From contig OX597822.1 in NCBI GenBank assembly GCA_951406725.2, forward strand, positions 100,936,001-101,000,000: DNA of 64,000 nucleotides, in the 5' to 3' direction. The notes beneath the pieces were generated by a model. It ran no database searches. It had not been told where the DNA came from and saw only the letters and a program-made list of their open reading frames with translations. This DNA comes from Octopus vulgaris. Taxonomy: Eukaryota. How positions within the stretch are numbered: position 1 is the stretch's first letter; each line of letters starts with the position of its first letter. The position numbers and the translations under genes are program-made. Shown here piece by piece: positions 27,365 through 41,291 of this stretch.

Positions 27365-27780
27365 AGGTGCAGGAGTGGCTGTGTGGTAAGTAGCTTGCTT
27401 ACCAATCACATGGTTCCGGGTTCAGTCCCACTGCATGGCATCTTGGGCAAGTGTCTTCTGCTATAGCCTCGGGCCGACCAAAGCCTTGTGAGTGGATTTG
27501 GTAGACGGAAACTGAAAGAAGCCTGTCGTATATATGTATATATATGTGTGCGTGTGTGTTTGTGTGTCTGTGTTTGTCCCCCCACCATCGCTTGACAACC
27601 GATGCTGGTGTGTTTATGTACCCGTCACTTAGCGGTTCGGCAAAAAGAGACCGATAGAATAAGTACTGGGCTTACAAAGAATAAGTCCCGGGGTCGAGTT
27701 GCTCGACTAAAGGCGGTGCTCCAGCATGGCCACAGTCAAATGACTGAAACAAGTAAAAGAGTAAAAGAGAGTAAAGAGTA
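27365..27780 (+). mobile_element. SINE family A, full length
   Basis: Homology; GTAAAAGA tail. Confidence 0.92.
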
Positions 27781-28150
27781 TACCAGAGCTGGAATTTTCT
27801 TATGCTGGAAGTTATGACATCATGTAGAATAGGTTTAGACAATAAATAGTGTATACATACCTTAGAAAACAAAAATGCATCAGTTCATTCATAATACGTT
27901 CTGGCAGATTCGAACATGATATCTGATCGCTACTGTTTTTCGTCATCAGAGAATCGTCAGAGAACATCTTCCTTTAGACGATGTGTGTTCATAACATATG
28001 CGATTCCTCAGTGTAAGGGGACTTTGAGACACTGCGGTGTTTCGAATTCATTGTATCTCCTCAATCAAAATTACCTCAGTAGACCAATGAATCTAACAAG
28101 AGCACGAATTCTTGCTTATAGAAATCAGCTAGCGCATTATTTGCTCATGG

Positions 28151-28356
<206 letters not shown>

Positions 28357-28452
28357 CGGGAAGCTTTATGAAAATAAACAAAAGACGAAGGCAGGTACAG
28401 TACAAACAAACAATGGTATTAGTATGACGCTCAGGAATATAAATAAAACAAG

Positions 28453-28490
28453 TCTTTTACGTTTCGAGCCTACGCTCTTCAACAGAAAGA
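28453..28490 (-). ncRNA. Minimal hammerhead-like motif (core CTGTTGA), same family as 21281
   Basis: Minus strand reads TCTTT-CTGTTGA-A-GAGC-GTAG-GCTC-GAAAC-GTA-AAAGA. Confidence 0.5.
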
Positions 28491-29057
28491 TACACAGAAA
28501 GGAAACACGGAGAGAAACAAGGAGAGAAAAAAATGCGTGCAGAAGCTAGCGAATCAACATGGCGATCTGATTCCGGCCAGAAGTCAAAGATCAAACGTGA
28601 GACGCAAGAGCGAAAATAGGGGAGATAACAGGGTCAAATGACCTCGCCCCAACATAAGGGTGTGTGTGTGTATGAGAGAGTATGTAGTGCGTATGAGAGG
28701 TCTGGACGTGTGTATGTATGTATGATGTAATGTGTAATGTCGTATGGTGTAGTGTAGAGAGAGGAGATGAGAGGGAGAGGGGAGGAGGAGGGAGGAGAGG
28801 GGGATGAGATAAAGGGGAGGAGGGGGTAAGGGGGAAAGAGAGTTGAGGAGAGATGAGGGGGATGAGAAGGGGAGGGGGAGAGGGGAAGAGAGGAAGAGGG
28901 GAAAGGGAAAGAGGAGAAGAGGAGGGAGGAGGGAGAAGGGGAAACACAGAAAACTAACGCTATGAGTATTTAGCGCCTAGGGGCTGGTCCAAAGTACACG
29001 TTACGTTGATTGTTATTGTTGGTTATACCCCAGGGTGTCCGACGTGTCGTAAATCCA

Positions 29058-29218
29058 ATTACATCGACCGCGATGGTTCACTGGTACTTAATTTATCGAT
29101 TCCGAAAGGATGAAAGGAAAAGTCGACCTCGGCGGAATTTGAACTCAGATCGTAAAGACCACGAAATGCCGCTAAGCATTTCGCCCAGCGTGTTAACGAG
29201 TCTGCCAGCTCGTCGCCT
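29058..29218 (-). mobile_element. SINE family C
   Basis: Homology to the 25140-25313 copy. Confidence 0.8.
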
Positions 29219-29509
29219 TAACATTATAGTAATAATAATAATAATAGTAATAATATATATACACCTATCACAAACACACACACACACACACACATATTTA
29301 TTAACGATTTTGTTTCTGTTTCCACGTTTCACGCATCAAGCAATCGATCAATCCGAAGACACAGCAGCAGGTGCGTGTTCAAGGTACCGCTCAATAGTAT
29401 CGATTCCGGATTCACCGTATTTTTTACACACACACACACACACACATACACACACACACACACACACATACACACAAACACACACACACACACACACTCT
29501 CTTTTTTGC

Positions 29510-29690
29510 TTTTTTACTTGGAGCACCGCCTTTAATCGAGCAACTCGACCCCGGGACTTATTCTTTTGTAAGCCCAGTACTTATTCTATCGGTCTCTTTT
29601 ACCGAACCGCTAAGTAACGGGGACATAAACACACCAGCATCGTTTGTCAAGCAATGCTAGGGGAACAAATACAGTCACACAAACACACAA
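29510..29690 (-). mobile_element. SINE family A 3' half
   Basis: Homology. Confidence 0.8.
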
Positions 29691-30914
29691 AATTTTGCTG
29701 TTAGTTGATGTAGTCAATTGACCACCTCGAGAGGCCATCGCTGGCTCGTGTTCGCCCTTCTGGTGAACATGATAGCGTTAGGAAGTTAACATTTTTGAGT
29801 TCTGTATAGATTTCGATCAAGCTGTCAGCGTAGGATTTCGCGTACGCTTTTGGAAATACTGACTTACTTGCTTTATTTCGTTCGATTTTTGGATAGAATG
29901 GATAGAATTGTTTATGATTATGTCCAGTTTATGTATGATATATCACAGATGGTTCGGGTTTAGATCTGTTTTCCTTGGGGATACGATCAATTTAAATTCA
30001 TCAATACGCTCTATAGGGATATGATGATAGTATTTAGGGACAGCGACGTAAGCCGTAGAAGTGATGCAAAATTGATTGTTGGAAGAGAAATGGTGTATGA
30101 GAAATGTTGTAGCAAAGATTAATCACGTAAAAAGAAAAAAAAAAGAAACGAAAATCAATGACAGATCTACTTTAAGCCCGTGGAATATTTCCACTCTGTG
30201 TGTTCTCTGACGTGACAATTTCTAAAATCATTTTTACTATCAGGCACAGTGCCAGTTCGGAACAAGACGTACGTGAATGGATGGCTGTTCAATTAACTGG
30301 AGGCGCTATAGATGAGAAGATACGATTATTTGACATAGAGTACTCACAGTTCTCCATCAATTTCATTGTAAACATGAAAAAAGATGAGCTCTACTAAATA
30401 AAAATCTAATAATATTCAATTAGAAAGACCCCCGCATCCTTTCAATATTACTAGCACACAGACTTCATCCACACGCTATACTTAGGAAATAGCCATATTA
30501 ATGGGTTAGTAGAAAGTAAATTTCAGTGTTACACACACCTTTTCATTTTCTTTCATTTGCCTTGCCTGCTGGTTTCAAGCTGAGAATGATAATTCCAGTT
30601 TTCTTTAAAATTCACGATATTTTTCTTGCTTGATATAAAACCTCTATACCTTAAAATGGTTTCAGCTTTCCTATAATTCTAAACAATTAAATGTTGGTCT
30701 ACTTATATATTTAAAATAAAAAGTCATTCTACTTTGGAATTTTCCTATTCATGCGAAAGTAATGTTTTCTGTTTTCTCTCCACACATTACTTCACACCGA
30801 GACGTCTTTATAAGTAAAGTTTACAGTTTGTTGTAGTTTGACACAGACTTATTGAAATATTCTTCATATAGTGAAGAATTAAACCGCTTTATATATATAT
30901 ATATATACATAGCT

Positions 30915-30981
30915 GCTGCTGATGAAAACTAATCAAAGTTACGTTGTCAAACGTATTTGAAGAGTTAGAAACCGGTCCTGC
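30915..30981 (+). ncRNA. Type I hammerhead ribozyme with extended stem II (one stem I mismatch)
   Basis: GCTG-CTGATGA-A-AACT..TCAAA.TACGTT-GTCA-AACGTA-TTTGA..AGTT-A-GAAAC-CG-GTC-CTGC. It lies between TA tracts at about 30890 and 31170. Confidence 0.72.
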
Positions 30982-32779
30982 ACTATCCGATTCTAGGTTG
31001 TCCATTTATCGAATGCTCGTCCTAGAGGTAAGACAAATTTTCATGTTTGTTGCACACACACACATCTTTGCCAGTATATACACAGTGAAGCTATACAATA
31101 ACGTCGTATTTATATCGATTGTTATTTTCCAGCAAATATTGGTGCCTTGTTGTACCATTTATCTACTTATATATATATATATATATATACTTATAAACTA
31201 TTTTTGGACGTTGACCGCCATTTTCACTAAATAAAATTGGTAATAAGTTAGGTCTTTTTGTGTGTTTTCAACTAATATGATATCCGTCATGCTCATTGTG
31301 GACTTTTCTCCCACTGAAATCGGGTTGGGGCTCGGGGATAAATTACCTTTGCAATTTGAAGTTCGAAAGAGTGGAAGTTGCAAAGATGATTTATGGACAG
31401 GTTAGTTACACTGGGAAAAGAAAGCTGAAACAACAACCGAAATGGGAATGACATTACAGACGCTAAATACAGGCGAATTTACTTTATTAATTTCACACAC
31501 ACACATTCAAGCACGCACGCACGCACGCTCTCCTCTCTCTCTCTTTCTCACACACACACACACGAAATTGAATATTGAACTCATTTGTTTTCAAAATATT
31601 TCCTTTTCCAAGAATAACATATTTTACAGATCATCGATGTACAAAAGGACACAAGCATGCTCGCACGAACACACATTTGCACACGCCTACATACCGATGT
31701 ATATGTATGTACATGCTTAGGTGTATACAAAAATGTATGCGTATATATGTGTGTGTATCACACACAGACACACATACACATATATATATACATATATATA
31801 TATATGTGTACATATATAGATAAAACTTACTTTGTAGAGGATGCGTGGCGTTATGCATAAATACATACGTATATGTACATATATCTATACATATATATAT
31901 ATGCATATGTGGACACAGGACGTCACGAAACGTGTACAACAAAAATACGAAGTACGAGTACATGGAATATGAGCTATTTTTTCGAACAACGAAAGAGACA
32001 AATAGAAGACAAGACAAACAACACCAAGAACGACCCTTCATCAGTTGTTGGCTGTTTTACTACTCTCGCATTTCGAGCATTTAACAACAAGATACGCTTT
32101 CAATAAAGCAGTTGTCCCCACAAAGCAAATTTAATAAAATTTGGGATTTTGCGGAGATCAAAATTGGTAACACAAATAGGACAGTGAAAACAAACAGGAA
32201 GGGCTGCTAAGCCTAAACAAGGTTGTGGTGACGAACGCGTAAATCAAGCTTGGACTGGAGACAGACAAGAACACGCCTCCATTGATCCAGCTACGACGGA
32301 AAAACTTGGAGATAGGATTAGTTTGAAAAACAGGAGGGGGAGAAGGGGAGGTAGAAGAATATTCCTCTCCCCTCCACAGTTCTCTGTTTGTCACTCTCAC
32401 TCCTTCACTCTCTCTCTCTTGCTCACGTGGTTCCCTCGTGATCATCGGCCATCTTTCTTCTCCTAACTTGTGTTTCTTTCTTTCTCTCCGTTGTAGCTGG
32501 ATCAAGGAAGATGTGTTCTTGTCTGCCTCCTGTCCAAGCTCGATTTGAAGTGAATGTTATAGGATATTTGATTTTTAGATATTTTACTTTAGAACATTCA
32601 ATATGATGCGTAGAAGACAACATAATACTTTTCAATCATCAGAAGTCGAAGGTATAGGGTAACCCGACAAGAAAGGTAGGACGGGTTCCAATTTCAAAAA
32701 AACAATGAAATGTCGCTAAGAAACAAGAGCAACGAGAAGTAAAACTTCAGCTTGAAACAACCTGGGAAATCCGCTTGTG

Positions 32780-33000
32780 TGAACGAAACATTCCTGAGCA
32801 GAAACGATGGAGAGTGGAATCCGAAGCCGATAGACAAGATCGCTTGATAAGACAGCAGAGCAGAGCAGGAACGACGAAGAGTGGAGTCTCAAGCCGATAA
32901 GAAAAGCCCGTTTAAGAGAACAGGAGTTAATTGAATAACTTCAAAGTAATGCAATCAGAAAAGCCTGCTGCAGAGAGCAGGAAGCATTAGAGCAACAAGT
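32780..33000 (+). pseudogene. Possible Helitron ORF N-terminal repeat relic
   Basis: Repeated RVESEADRQDRL / RVESQAD peptides resemble the E-x-R-x-x-R-L repeats of Helitron RepHel N-termini. Confidence 0.3.
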
Positions 33001-33154
33001 CAGGCTGGAATTTAGATCTTTGTCTCGTGAAAAATAGTGATCATCAGTCTTTAACTACGATGTGACACATGGGCATTACGATAGATGCCTTATAAATACA
33101 TTTGAGCACAGTACAGACCAGAGCAAAGGCCGGATGACCATTAGTGTGTATATA

Positions 33155-33387
33155 GTGGAGGCGCAATGGCCCAGTGGTTAGGGCAGCGGACTCGCGGTCA
33201 TAGGATCGCGGTTTCGATTCCCAGACTCTCTGTGTCACACTGAATATCCCCGAGAACTACGTTAAGGGTGCACGTGTCTGTGGAGTGCTCAGCTACTTAC
33301 ACGTTAAATTCACGCGCAGGCTGTTCCGTTGATTCGGATCAACCGGAACCCTCATCGTCGTAACCGACGGAGTGCTTCCATCCATCC
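33155..33387 (+). mobile_element. SINE family B with internal deletion
   Basis: TSD AGTGTGTATATA at 33143-33154 and 33388-33399. Confidence 0.9.
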
Positions 33388-33472
33388 AGTGTGTATATAT
33401 ATAAAATTGATAACGAAGAGGATAGGAAAGTAGATTAAACAGTTTCCATATCAATGAAAACACAAGAGTTGC

Positions 33473-33643
33473 TACGTTCTGAGTTCAAATTCCGCCGAGG
33501 TCGACTTTGCCTTTCATCCTTTCGGGGTCGATAAATTAAGTACCAGTTACGCACTGGGGTCGATGTAATCGACTTAATCCGTTTGTCCGTCCTTGTTTGT
33601 CCCTTCTGTGTTTAGCCCCTTGCGGGTAGTAAAGAAATAGGTA
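33473..33643 (+). mobile_element. SINE family C, 5'-truncated
   Basis: Homology to the 6765 units. Confidence 0.88.
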
Positions 33644-34115
33644 TCAACCGTCCTAGTTCTTTAATTACTGTTGCCATTTTAGCTACAGAACATTCTTAGT
33701 TGAGCAGATCTCTGATCAAATGCACTTCAAGTAGGACCATCTCACCTTTTAGGAGTATCGAGGACTGCATTGGCTAATGTATCGAATTCCTCTCCATCGT
33801 TTATAAGGTATTTGGGAGAGATTTCAGAGTAAGTTGGGTGGTATGTCTAGTAGACCGATCGGCCATTTAGAGGCTTCTCTATTGACTCGTAGTCAAATCT
33901 AGTTTGCAGCATATGGTATGTTGTTTAATTGTATTTTCATTCGACATTTTTCATGATTTATGTTCCTATTACAATTTAAATATCCATTTAAAGAAAACAT
34001 AATAATCTTTGTGCATAATTCTCTTTACACGGAAGGAGCAAAAATATGAAACAATATATATGTTTAATAAACAAAAACCGCAGTTTGACAGATACACACA
34101 AAGACAAACTCACAC

Positions 34116-34183
<68 letters not shown>

Positions 34184-34454
34184 TAATACGATTAATAGAA
34201 AACAAACAGCCAAAAGGATTATTTGAAAAACTTCATTCGAAATACATTGGGAATCCTCTTTAATTGTATTTATGTATAATCTTATCTTAAATACGTAATA
34301 ATCCTTTTAGTTCTAAATAAAGTCTTTGTGTTGCTCATTTAATACTGTCATTTTTGTAGAAAGGTCATATTATAGTATAGTTCTGGAACTTTCCTCCCAA
34401 ACTCTCTCTCTATAAGTATGTATGTGTGCGTGTGTGTGGGTATGTATCTGTGTG

Positions 34455-34487
<33 letters not shown>

Positions 34488-34508
34488 GTGCATATATATA
34501 TATTTATG

Positions 34509-34543
<35 letters not shown>

Positions 34544-34775
34544 GTATAGCAAACACCCACACGTCATATTTTTGACTTCTCACTAGTTATTTCACGCATA
34601 TACTTTTGGTTGTTGTTTTTATCTTTTTGCTTATTTCAGCCATTGAACAGCAGTTATGCTGAGGCACCGCCTTGAAAGATTTAATGGAGCAAATCGACCC
34701 CACGACCCCACTACCTATTTTATAAAGTCTATTGCTTATTTTATCGGTCTGTGGGTGAACCACCAAGTTACAAGG

Positions 34776-34870
<95 letters not shown>

Positions 34871-34914
34871 TATATACATATATGTATGCACACACACACA
34901 CACACACATATATT

Positions 34915-35117
34915 TTCTTTTATTTGTTTCCGACATTTTGAATGCAGCCATGCTGGAACACCGCCTTTTTAGTCGAACAAATCGACCTCAGGACTTAATC
35001 TTTGTAAGCGTAGTACTTATTCTGTCGTTCTCTTTTGCCGAACCGCTAAGTTACGGGGACGTAAACACACCAGCATCGGTTGTCAAGCTATGGTGGGAGA
35101 CAAACACAGACACGCAA

Positions 35118-35164
<47 letters not shown>

Positions 35165-35445
35165 AAAACACAATACATCTTCATATTTCACCCGTATAAG
35201 GCGGCGAGCTGGCAGAATCTATTTCTTTACAACCTACAAGGGGCTAAACACAGAAGGGACAAACAAGGACAGAGAAACGGATTTAGTCGATTATGTCGAC
35301 CCCAGTTTGTAACTGGTACTTATTTAATCGACCCCGAAAGGATGAAAGGCAAAGTCGACCTCGGCGGAATTTGAACTCAGAACGCAGCGGCGGACGAAAT
35401 ACCACAAAGCATTTCGTCCGGCGTGCTAACGTTTCTGCCAGCTGT
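34915..35445 (-). mobile_element. SINE family A 3' half followed by SINE family C copies
   Basis: Homology. Confidence 0.8.
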
Positions 35446-35915
35446 CAGAAGCGTTACCGCACCGGGTCTACTTTGCCTTTCTTCCTTTCGGGGTCGAACA
35501 CTAGGGTCGATGTTATCGACTTGCTCTCTCCCCAACAATTCCTAGCTTTTTTGTCAAAATTTGAAACCGATATTTCATCGATATAAATATTGTTAGAGGT
35601 TATAGATTTGTTATATTTTGGAGGAGAAGAATCACGAGAGTGTAAGATAAAAGACCGAGTAATATTCACTCCGGTTCTTTGAGCCCCGAGTTCAAATCCA
35701 ACTGAGGTCAACACTACCTTTCATCCCTTCGGGGTCAATAAATTAAAGTGCCAGTCAAGAGCGGTGGATTGTTGGAAGTGTTAGAGACAGCCTCCAAAAG
35801 TCAGCTGAAATAATAGCTAAATCTCCCTCAAATCACACCCTTATCAATTAAAAACAGAAAAAAGCTATGCAGGTGATGCCATGCAGTATTCGGGATCTTT
35901 GAGTTTTGAGTTATA

Positions 35916-36620
35916 CAGGATGATTCAAAAGTCGCCATACATAGGAACAATTTATATTTTTATAAGAAATAATTTATAAGAGCAGTTTTTTTTTATTTAA
36001 CAGGTTCTATATGATTAGTGAAGGCGCATGGCTCAGTGGTTAGAGCGTCGAGCTTATGATCATGAGGTTGTGAGCTCGAATCCCGGACCGGGCTGTGTGT
36101 TGTGTTCTTGAGCAAGACACTTTATTTCACGTTGCTCCAGTTAACTCAGCTGTAGAAATGAGTTGCGACGTCACAGGTGCCAAGCTGTATCGGCCCCTTT
36201 GCCTTTCCCTTGGATAACACTGGTGGCGTGGAGAGTGGAGGCCGGTATGCATGGGCGACTGCTGGTCTTCCATAAACAATCTTGCCTAGACTTGTGCCTG
36301 GGAGGGTGACTTTCTAGGTGCAATCCCACGGTCAGTCATGACCGAAGGGGGTCACAACTATATGATTACCATTGTTTTGAATACACATTGCAATACGTTT
36401 ACCCCACTCATTGTGAACTCATAATAGCACATCTGGTGATACGTGTGCAAAGGAATTGGTCATGCGTTCCTTCAAATGATTTATGTTTTATCGTGCCTTT
36501 CAAATGCCCCCAAAGATAGAAATCAAGAGGGGTCAGATCAGGGGATCTAGGGGATCTTATAAACTGTTTCTTATAAAAAAATAAATTTTTACTAAGTATG
36601 GAGACTTTTGAATCACCCTG
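35916..36620 (-). mobile_element. Internally deleted Tc1/mariner-superfamily (maT/rosa-like) transposon with TA TSD
   Basis: TIRs CAGG(A/G)TGATTCAAAAGTC flanked by TA. The minus strand at about 36498-36554 encodes SPRSPDLTPLDFYLWGHLK. Confidence 0.88.
36018..36357 (+). mobile_element. tRNA-derived SINE (family D) nested in the transposon
   Basis: Head GGCGCATGGCTCAGTGGTTAGAGCG...TCGAATCCCG; TSD CTATATGATTA at 36007-36017 and 36358-36368. Confidence 0.9.
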
Positions 36621-37413
36621 TAGATTTAGTAGGTGTCCATTTGAACACTTGGTTTTTTTGGTTTCACATTCACTCTGTTGCGGGCTTCAGGGAAAGATTT
36701 CTTGTTTAAAGACTTCCTCGAATCAGTCTTGGAGGCCTCCAAAATATAAGAAAGAGTTATTATAGGTATTTCCCTTTTCTTCACTGAGCAGATGATAAAA
36801 AAACAAACAAAACAATACTACTTTCTCTTTCTTTACTCTCAACGAAGATGAGCAAGGGCCTACTGGGTAAGATCTTTACTCATGGGGGCAACTGACATAA
36901 CAGTGCCTTTTCATGGGTTTTTGCATCGAAGAATTGATATTGATATAGACCATCCACACTTCTTTTTGCGATTACAGCACGTAGATTAGAAGGTTTCATT
37001 TAATTTTCTCTTTTCAATGTTATCTTACAGGCAGATAACAACAAACAGAAACTAAAAAAACAGAAAAATGGCATTTGAATGTACAAGAAAATAAACGAAG
37101 AGGGTTACAGAGAAACAATTTAAGAAATAATATGGCAAGGAAAGTGTGAAAGAGAAGAAAAAAAAAGAAGATAGAAGGAAGAAAGACAGAATTTATGTTT
37201 TTCCCCGCCATTTTGTATTAGAACGTTCTTTAGTTTCGTATCTTTGGGAAGCATTAAAGCTTTATTTGATAGGGTATCCTTCGTTACTATCATTCAACAG
37301 ATTCTATTGAAAAGTTAATGAGATTTACCGAAATATTTTTCCAATCTAAGAATGCGGGTACCGTAACTACAACACCTATTCGTGATCCTATACAGGAAAT
37401 AAAATAGATCGTA

Positions 37414-37869
37414 TTGTATGCACGCATACACGTATGTATGTACGCATGTATGTATGTATGCATGAAAGTATGCATGCACGTATGTATGTATGTATGTATG
37501 TATGTATGTATGTATGTATGTATGTATGTATGTATGTATGTATGTATGCATGCATGTATGTATGTATGCATGCATGTATGTGTGTATGCATGCATGTATA
37601 TATGCGTGTATGTATGCAGATATGCATGCATGTATGTATGTATATGCGTATGTATGCTTATATGTATGTATGTATGTATGAAAGTATGTATGCACGTATG
37701 TAAACATGTATGTATGCATGCATGCATGTATGTATGCATGCATGTGTCTATATACATGTATATATGTAGATATGCATGTATGTATGTATGTATGCATATG
37801 TGTATGTATGCATATATGTATACGCACAATTAAATATGTATACATGTATATACGTATACATGTATATAT

Positions 37870-37914
<45 letters not shown>

Positions 37915-37940
37915 CATATGTATACATGTATGTATATACA
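37414..37940. repeat. (TATG)n/(TA)n array
   Basis: Directly visible. Confidence 0.95.
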
Positions 37941-38167
37941 GACACGCATATTCATATGAATGCAATCTGTATTTCTTCAGTATTAATTTGCTCTTAATTA
38001 CATTTGTGAGTTTTAAAATAAGGGGGATCCATGATAAACGGAGGCATCGATACAGTTTCTGTTCCACGTTGGTTGAATATTTTCCTTGACACACTCTGAT
38101 ACTGTCATAAGAAAATTATAAACGCGACAACATGCCTACAGATAAAAGAAATATATTAATCGTTAGC

Positions 38168-38548
38168 AAAGCTAACCAACCACATGGTTCCGGGTTCAGT
38201 CCCACTGCGTGGCAACTTGGGCAAGTGTCTCCTGCTATAGCCCCGGGCCGACCAATGCCTTGTGAGTGGATTTGGTAGACGGAAACTGAAAGAAGCCTGT
38301 CGTATATATGTATATATATGTATGTGTGTGTGTTTGTGTGTCTGTGTTTGTTCCCTAGCATTGCTTGACAACCGATGCTGGTGTGTTCACGTCCCCGTCA
38401 CTTAGCGGTTCGGCAAAAAGAGACCGATAGAATAAGTACTGGGCTTACAAAAAGAATAAGTCCCAGGGTCGATTTGCTCGACTAAAGGCGGTGCTCCAGC
38501 ATGGCCGCAGTCAAATGACTGAAACAAGTAAAAGAGTAAAGAGTAAAG
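38168..38548 (+). mobile_element. SINE family A, slightly 5'-truncated
   Basis: Homology. Confidence 0.9.
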
Positions 38549-38845
38549 CATATACGAAAAAATACCTATTTACGTCAATTTCTTCTAACGATCATCTCTC
38601 ATCAATTATTAATTTCGCTCTGCCTTCAGCAATAAAAAAAAAAGTCCAGATTCTCGTCTATCCATAGGCACAGGCGCGTCTGTGTGCTAAGAAGCTTGCT
38701 TCTCAGCCACATGGTTCCGGGCTCAGCCCCACTGCGTAACACCTTGGGCAAGTTTTCTACTATTAATATAACTTCGGTCAAATACTGTGCCTTATCAGTA
38801 TTTGCAAAGGGAAGCCATCCTTCCCATCTTCAATCTGACATGATA

Positions 38846-38890
38846 CACACGGACTCGAGTTTCTGGGCATTAACCCGTCATCAGCGTGTG
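38846..38890 (-). ncRNA. Compact type I hammerhead ribozyme
   Basis: Minus strand reads CACACG-CTGATGA-C-GGG-TTAATG-CCC-A-GAAAC-TCGA-GTC-CGTGTG, with a perfect 6-bp stem I and palindromic stem III. Confidence 0.85.
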
Positions 38891-38981
38891 ACAATCACCG
38901 ATTTCTCTTTATTATAGGCATGTAGCCTGAATATAAAAAGAACATTACAATTTATATACAAAACAATACAAAATTTGGGGT

Positions 38982-39189
38982 ATAGGCGCAGGAGTGGCTA
39001 TATAGGCGCAGGAGTGGCTATATAGGCGCAGGAGTGGCTGTGTGGTAAGTAGCTTGCTTACCAACCACATGGTTCTGGGTTCAGTCCCACTGCGTGGCAT
39101 CTTGGGCAAGTGTCTTCTGCTATAGCCCCGGGCCGACCAATGCCTTGTGAGTGGATTTGGTAGACGGAAACTGAAAGAAGCCTGTCGCA

Positions 39190-39247
<58 letters not shown>

Positions 39248-39472
39248 TGTGTGTGTATATGTTTGTGTGTGTTTGTCCCCCTAGCATTGCTTGACAACCG
39301 ATGCTGGTGTGTTTACGTCCCCGTCACTTAGCGGTTTGGCCAAAGAGACCGATAGAATAAGTACTGGGCTTACAAAAAGAATAAGTCCCCGGGGGTCGAT
39401 TTGCTCGACTAAAGGCGGTGCTCCAGCATGGCCGCAGTCAAATGACTGAAACAAGTAAAAGAGTAAAAAGAG
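38982..39472 (+). mobile_element. SINE family A with triplicated 20-bp 5' end
   Basis: TATAGGCGCAGGAGTGGCT occurs three times, followed by the full body. Confidence 0.92.
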
Positions 39473-39968
39473 TATATAACAAATAATGAATATGAAATGA
39501 GTTATGTGTAATGGGAAATGGGATGGCTTTCGAGTTCCCCCAAGCTCGCAGTTTCGTTTATACATTTTACAACTGTTCCACTTATCCATCAGATATATAT
39601 TCGATAACATCCTCCATCCCAATCACGTTGGGCAGGCTATCATAGCGAACGTCTCTTTTACTTACTTTAATCTTTCCTTTAAATGTCTCTACCAATATGT
39701 CTATTTTCTCTTTTTCTATTAACACCGCTCTAACGCTTGGTTCGAACATATCGTTTTCTAATTTCCCTCACTCGTATCAGTCCTTTTGTTTTTGTTAATC
39801 TTTTTTCAGTTTCCATATTTTTTTCGTAAAAAATTAACCTTCTTACATTCTCTCCCGTAGGTCGTCCTGTTTGTTTTACATGATTTACTCTCTCCATCAC
39901 CTTCCTCATCCATTCTTCGCATTTCTCTTTTCTGGTTTACCTTCTTCACTCATTGTCATTGTCTTCAG

Positions 39969-40352
39969 GAGGCGCAATGGCCCAATGGTTAGGGCAGCGG
40001 AGTCGCGGTCATAGGAACGCGGTTTCGATTCCCAGACCGGGCGTCGTGAGTGTTTATTGAGCGAAAACACCTAAAGCTCCACGAGGCTCCGGCAGGGGAT
40101 GGTGGTGATCCCTGCTGTACTCTTTCACCACAACTTTCTCTCACTCTTACTTCCTGTTTCTGTTGTACCTGTATTTCAAGGGACCGGCCTTGTCACTCTC
40201 TGTGTTACGCTGAATATCCCCGAGAACTACGTTAAGGGTGCACGTGTCTGTGGAGTGCTCAGCCACTTGCACGTTAATTTCACGAGCTGGCTGTTCCGTT
40301 GATTCGGATCAACCGGAACCCTCATCGTCGTAACCGACGGAGTGCTTCCATC
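39969..40352 (+). mobile_element. SINE family B inserted in the ORF1 tail
   Basis: TSD CATTGTCTTCAG at 39957-39968 and 40353-40364. Confidence 0.93.
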
Positions 40353-40364
40353 CATTGTCTTCAG

Positions 40365-41291
40365 TTCCTGGGTTCGAATCTCTGTACTTTTTCCACTTGC
40401 TGTTGTCTTTCTTCCTTCATTTCCTACTTTACTTTTCTTTGGGCTTTTTGGTGGTGACTTCACCCTTGTTCTCTTTCTTTCTGCCGTTTTTTCTTCAACT
40501 TTTTCCTCTTCCTATTTTTCTTCTTCCTCCGCTCTCGCTGCGTCACTGCACATTTCCTTTTCTGCCAGCGCTTCTCTTAGGGGACATCTTACTTGCATAT
40601 GTCCCATTCTTTTACAGTTATAACATATTGGTGGTCTCCCCTCCACCACAACTCTAAGTCGGGTTTCGTCGGGGAGCACTAACTCTTCCGCAATGTTGTA
40701 CAAATCTGACAGGGTTATATGTATCAGTGCTTCTACACCATAACCCCACCAGTTGACGTCTCTCGATTTTTCAACTTTTAGGATGTCCACACCCTCCTTA
40801 CAATTATAAATTATAGCTGCTACAAGTCTCTCTACCTTCAACTCCGGCGGTACCTTTCCTATTTTCACCTTGGTTGCTCGTTTCCCACAATAGGACGGGA
40901 GAAGCACTCACCTAGCTGTTCTTAATATCATGGTAGCTTGTTTCTTGGCCTCCTCCTCACTTTCAAACCGCACCTCCACGGTGGCGAACTTCCTTCCTCT
41001 TGCGTAGAAGGTCGTTCTGTCTTTAATTTCCGTAAGACATTCCTCAATGTCGTCTGTTCCTGCCACTTCTATTTTATTGTTGGCCACACTCCACGTTCTA
41101 TATACAATAATCTTTTTCCTCGCCTTTTCTGCATCTTCCTCCGTCGGTATGATCCGTAAGCAATCACCCTCCTTCTTGAAATTTTTGAAGTATTTCTTCA
41201 AACTTTTCTTCTCAATTAATACTTCTTTAAGCTGCAACATGTCGGCCGACAGGCTTTTGCCTGCTGCCTGGGCGTAACTTGTTGTTTGCAT
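40365..41291 (-). pseudogene. LINE ORF1-like nucleic-acid-binding protein (RRM-like region plus CCHC zinc knuckle), disrupted by in-frame stops
   Basis: MQTTSYAQAAGK...KFATVEVRFESEEEAKK...GRPPICYNCKRMGHMQVRCP. In-frame TGA at 40908-40910 and TAG at 40512-40514; the frame is kept across both. Confidence 0.75.

Noticed and set aside
27925-27950. Minus-strand CTGATGACGAAA
   Set aside because: No stem II or stem III; likely a chance match.
32059-32112. Minus-strand HHR-like fold (ACTGCTT...GAAATGC...GAGTAGT)
   Set aside because: The core is degenerate (TATTGA) and there is no NUH site. The nearby CTGATGA has no matching GAAA arm.
40908-40910. In-frame TGA as possible selenocysteine or readthrough
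   Set aside because: A second in-frame TAG and a SINE insertion show ordinary pseudogene decay.
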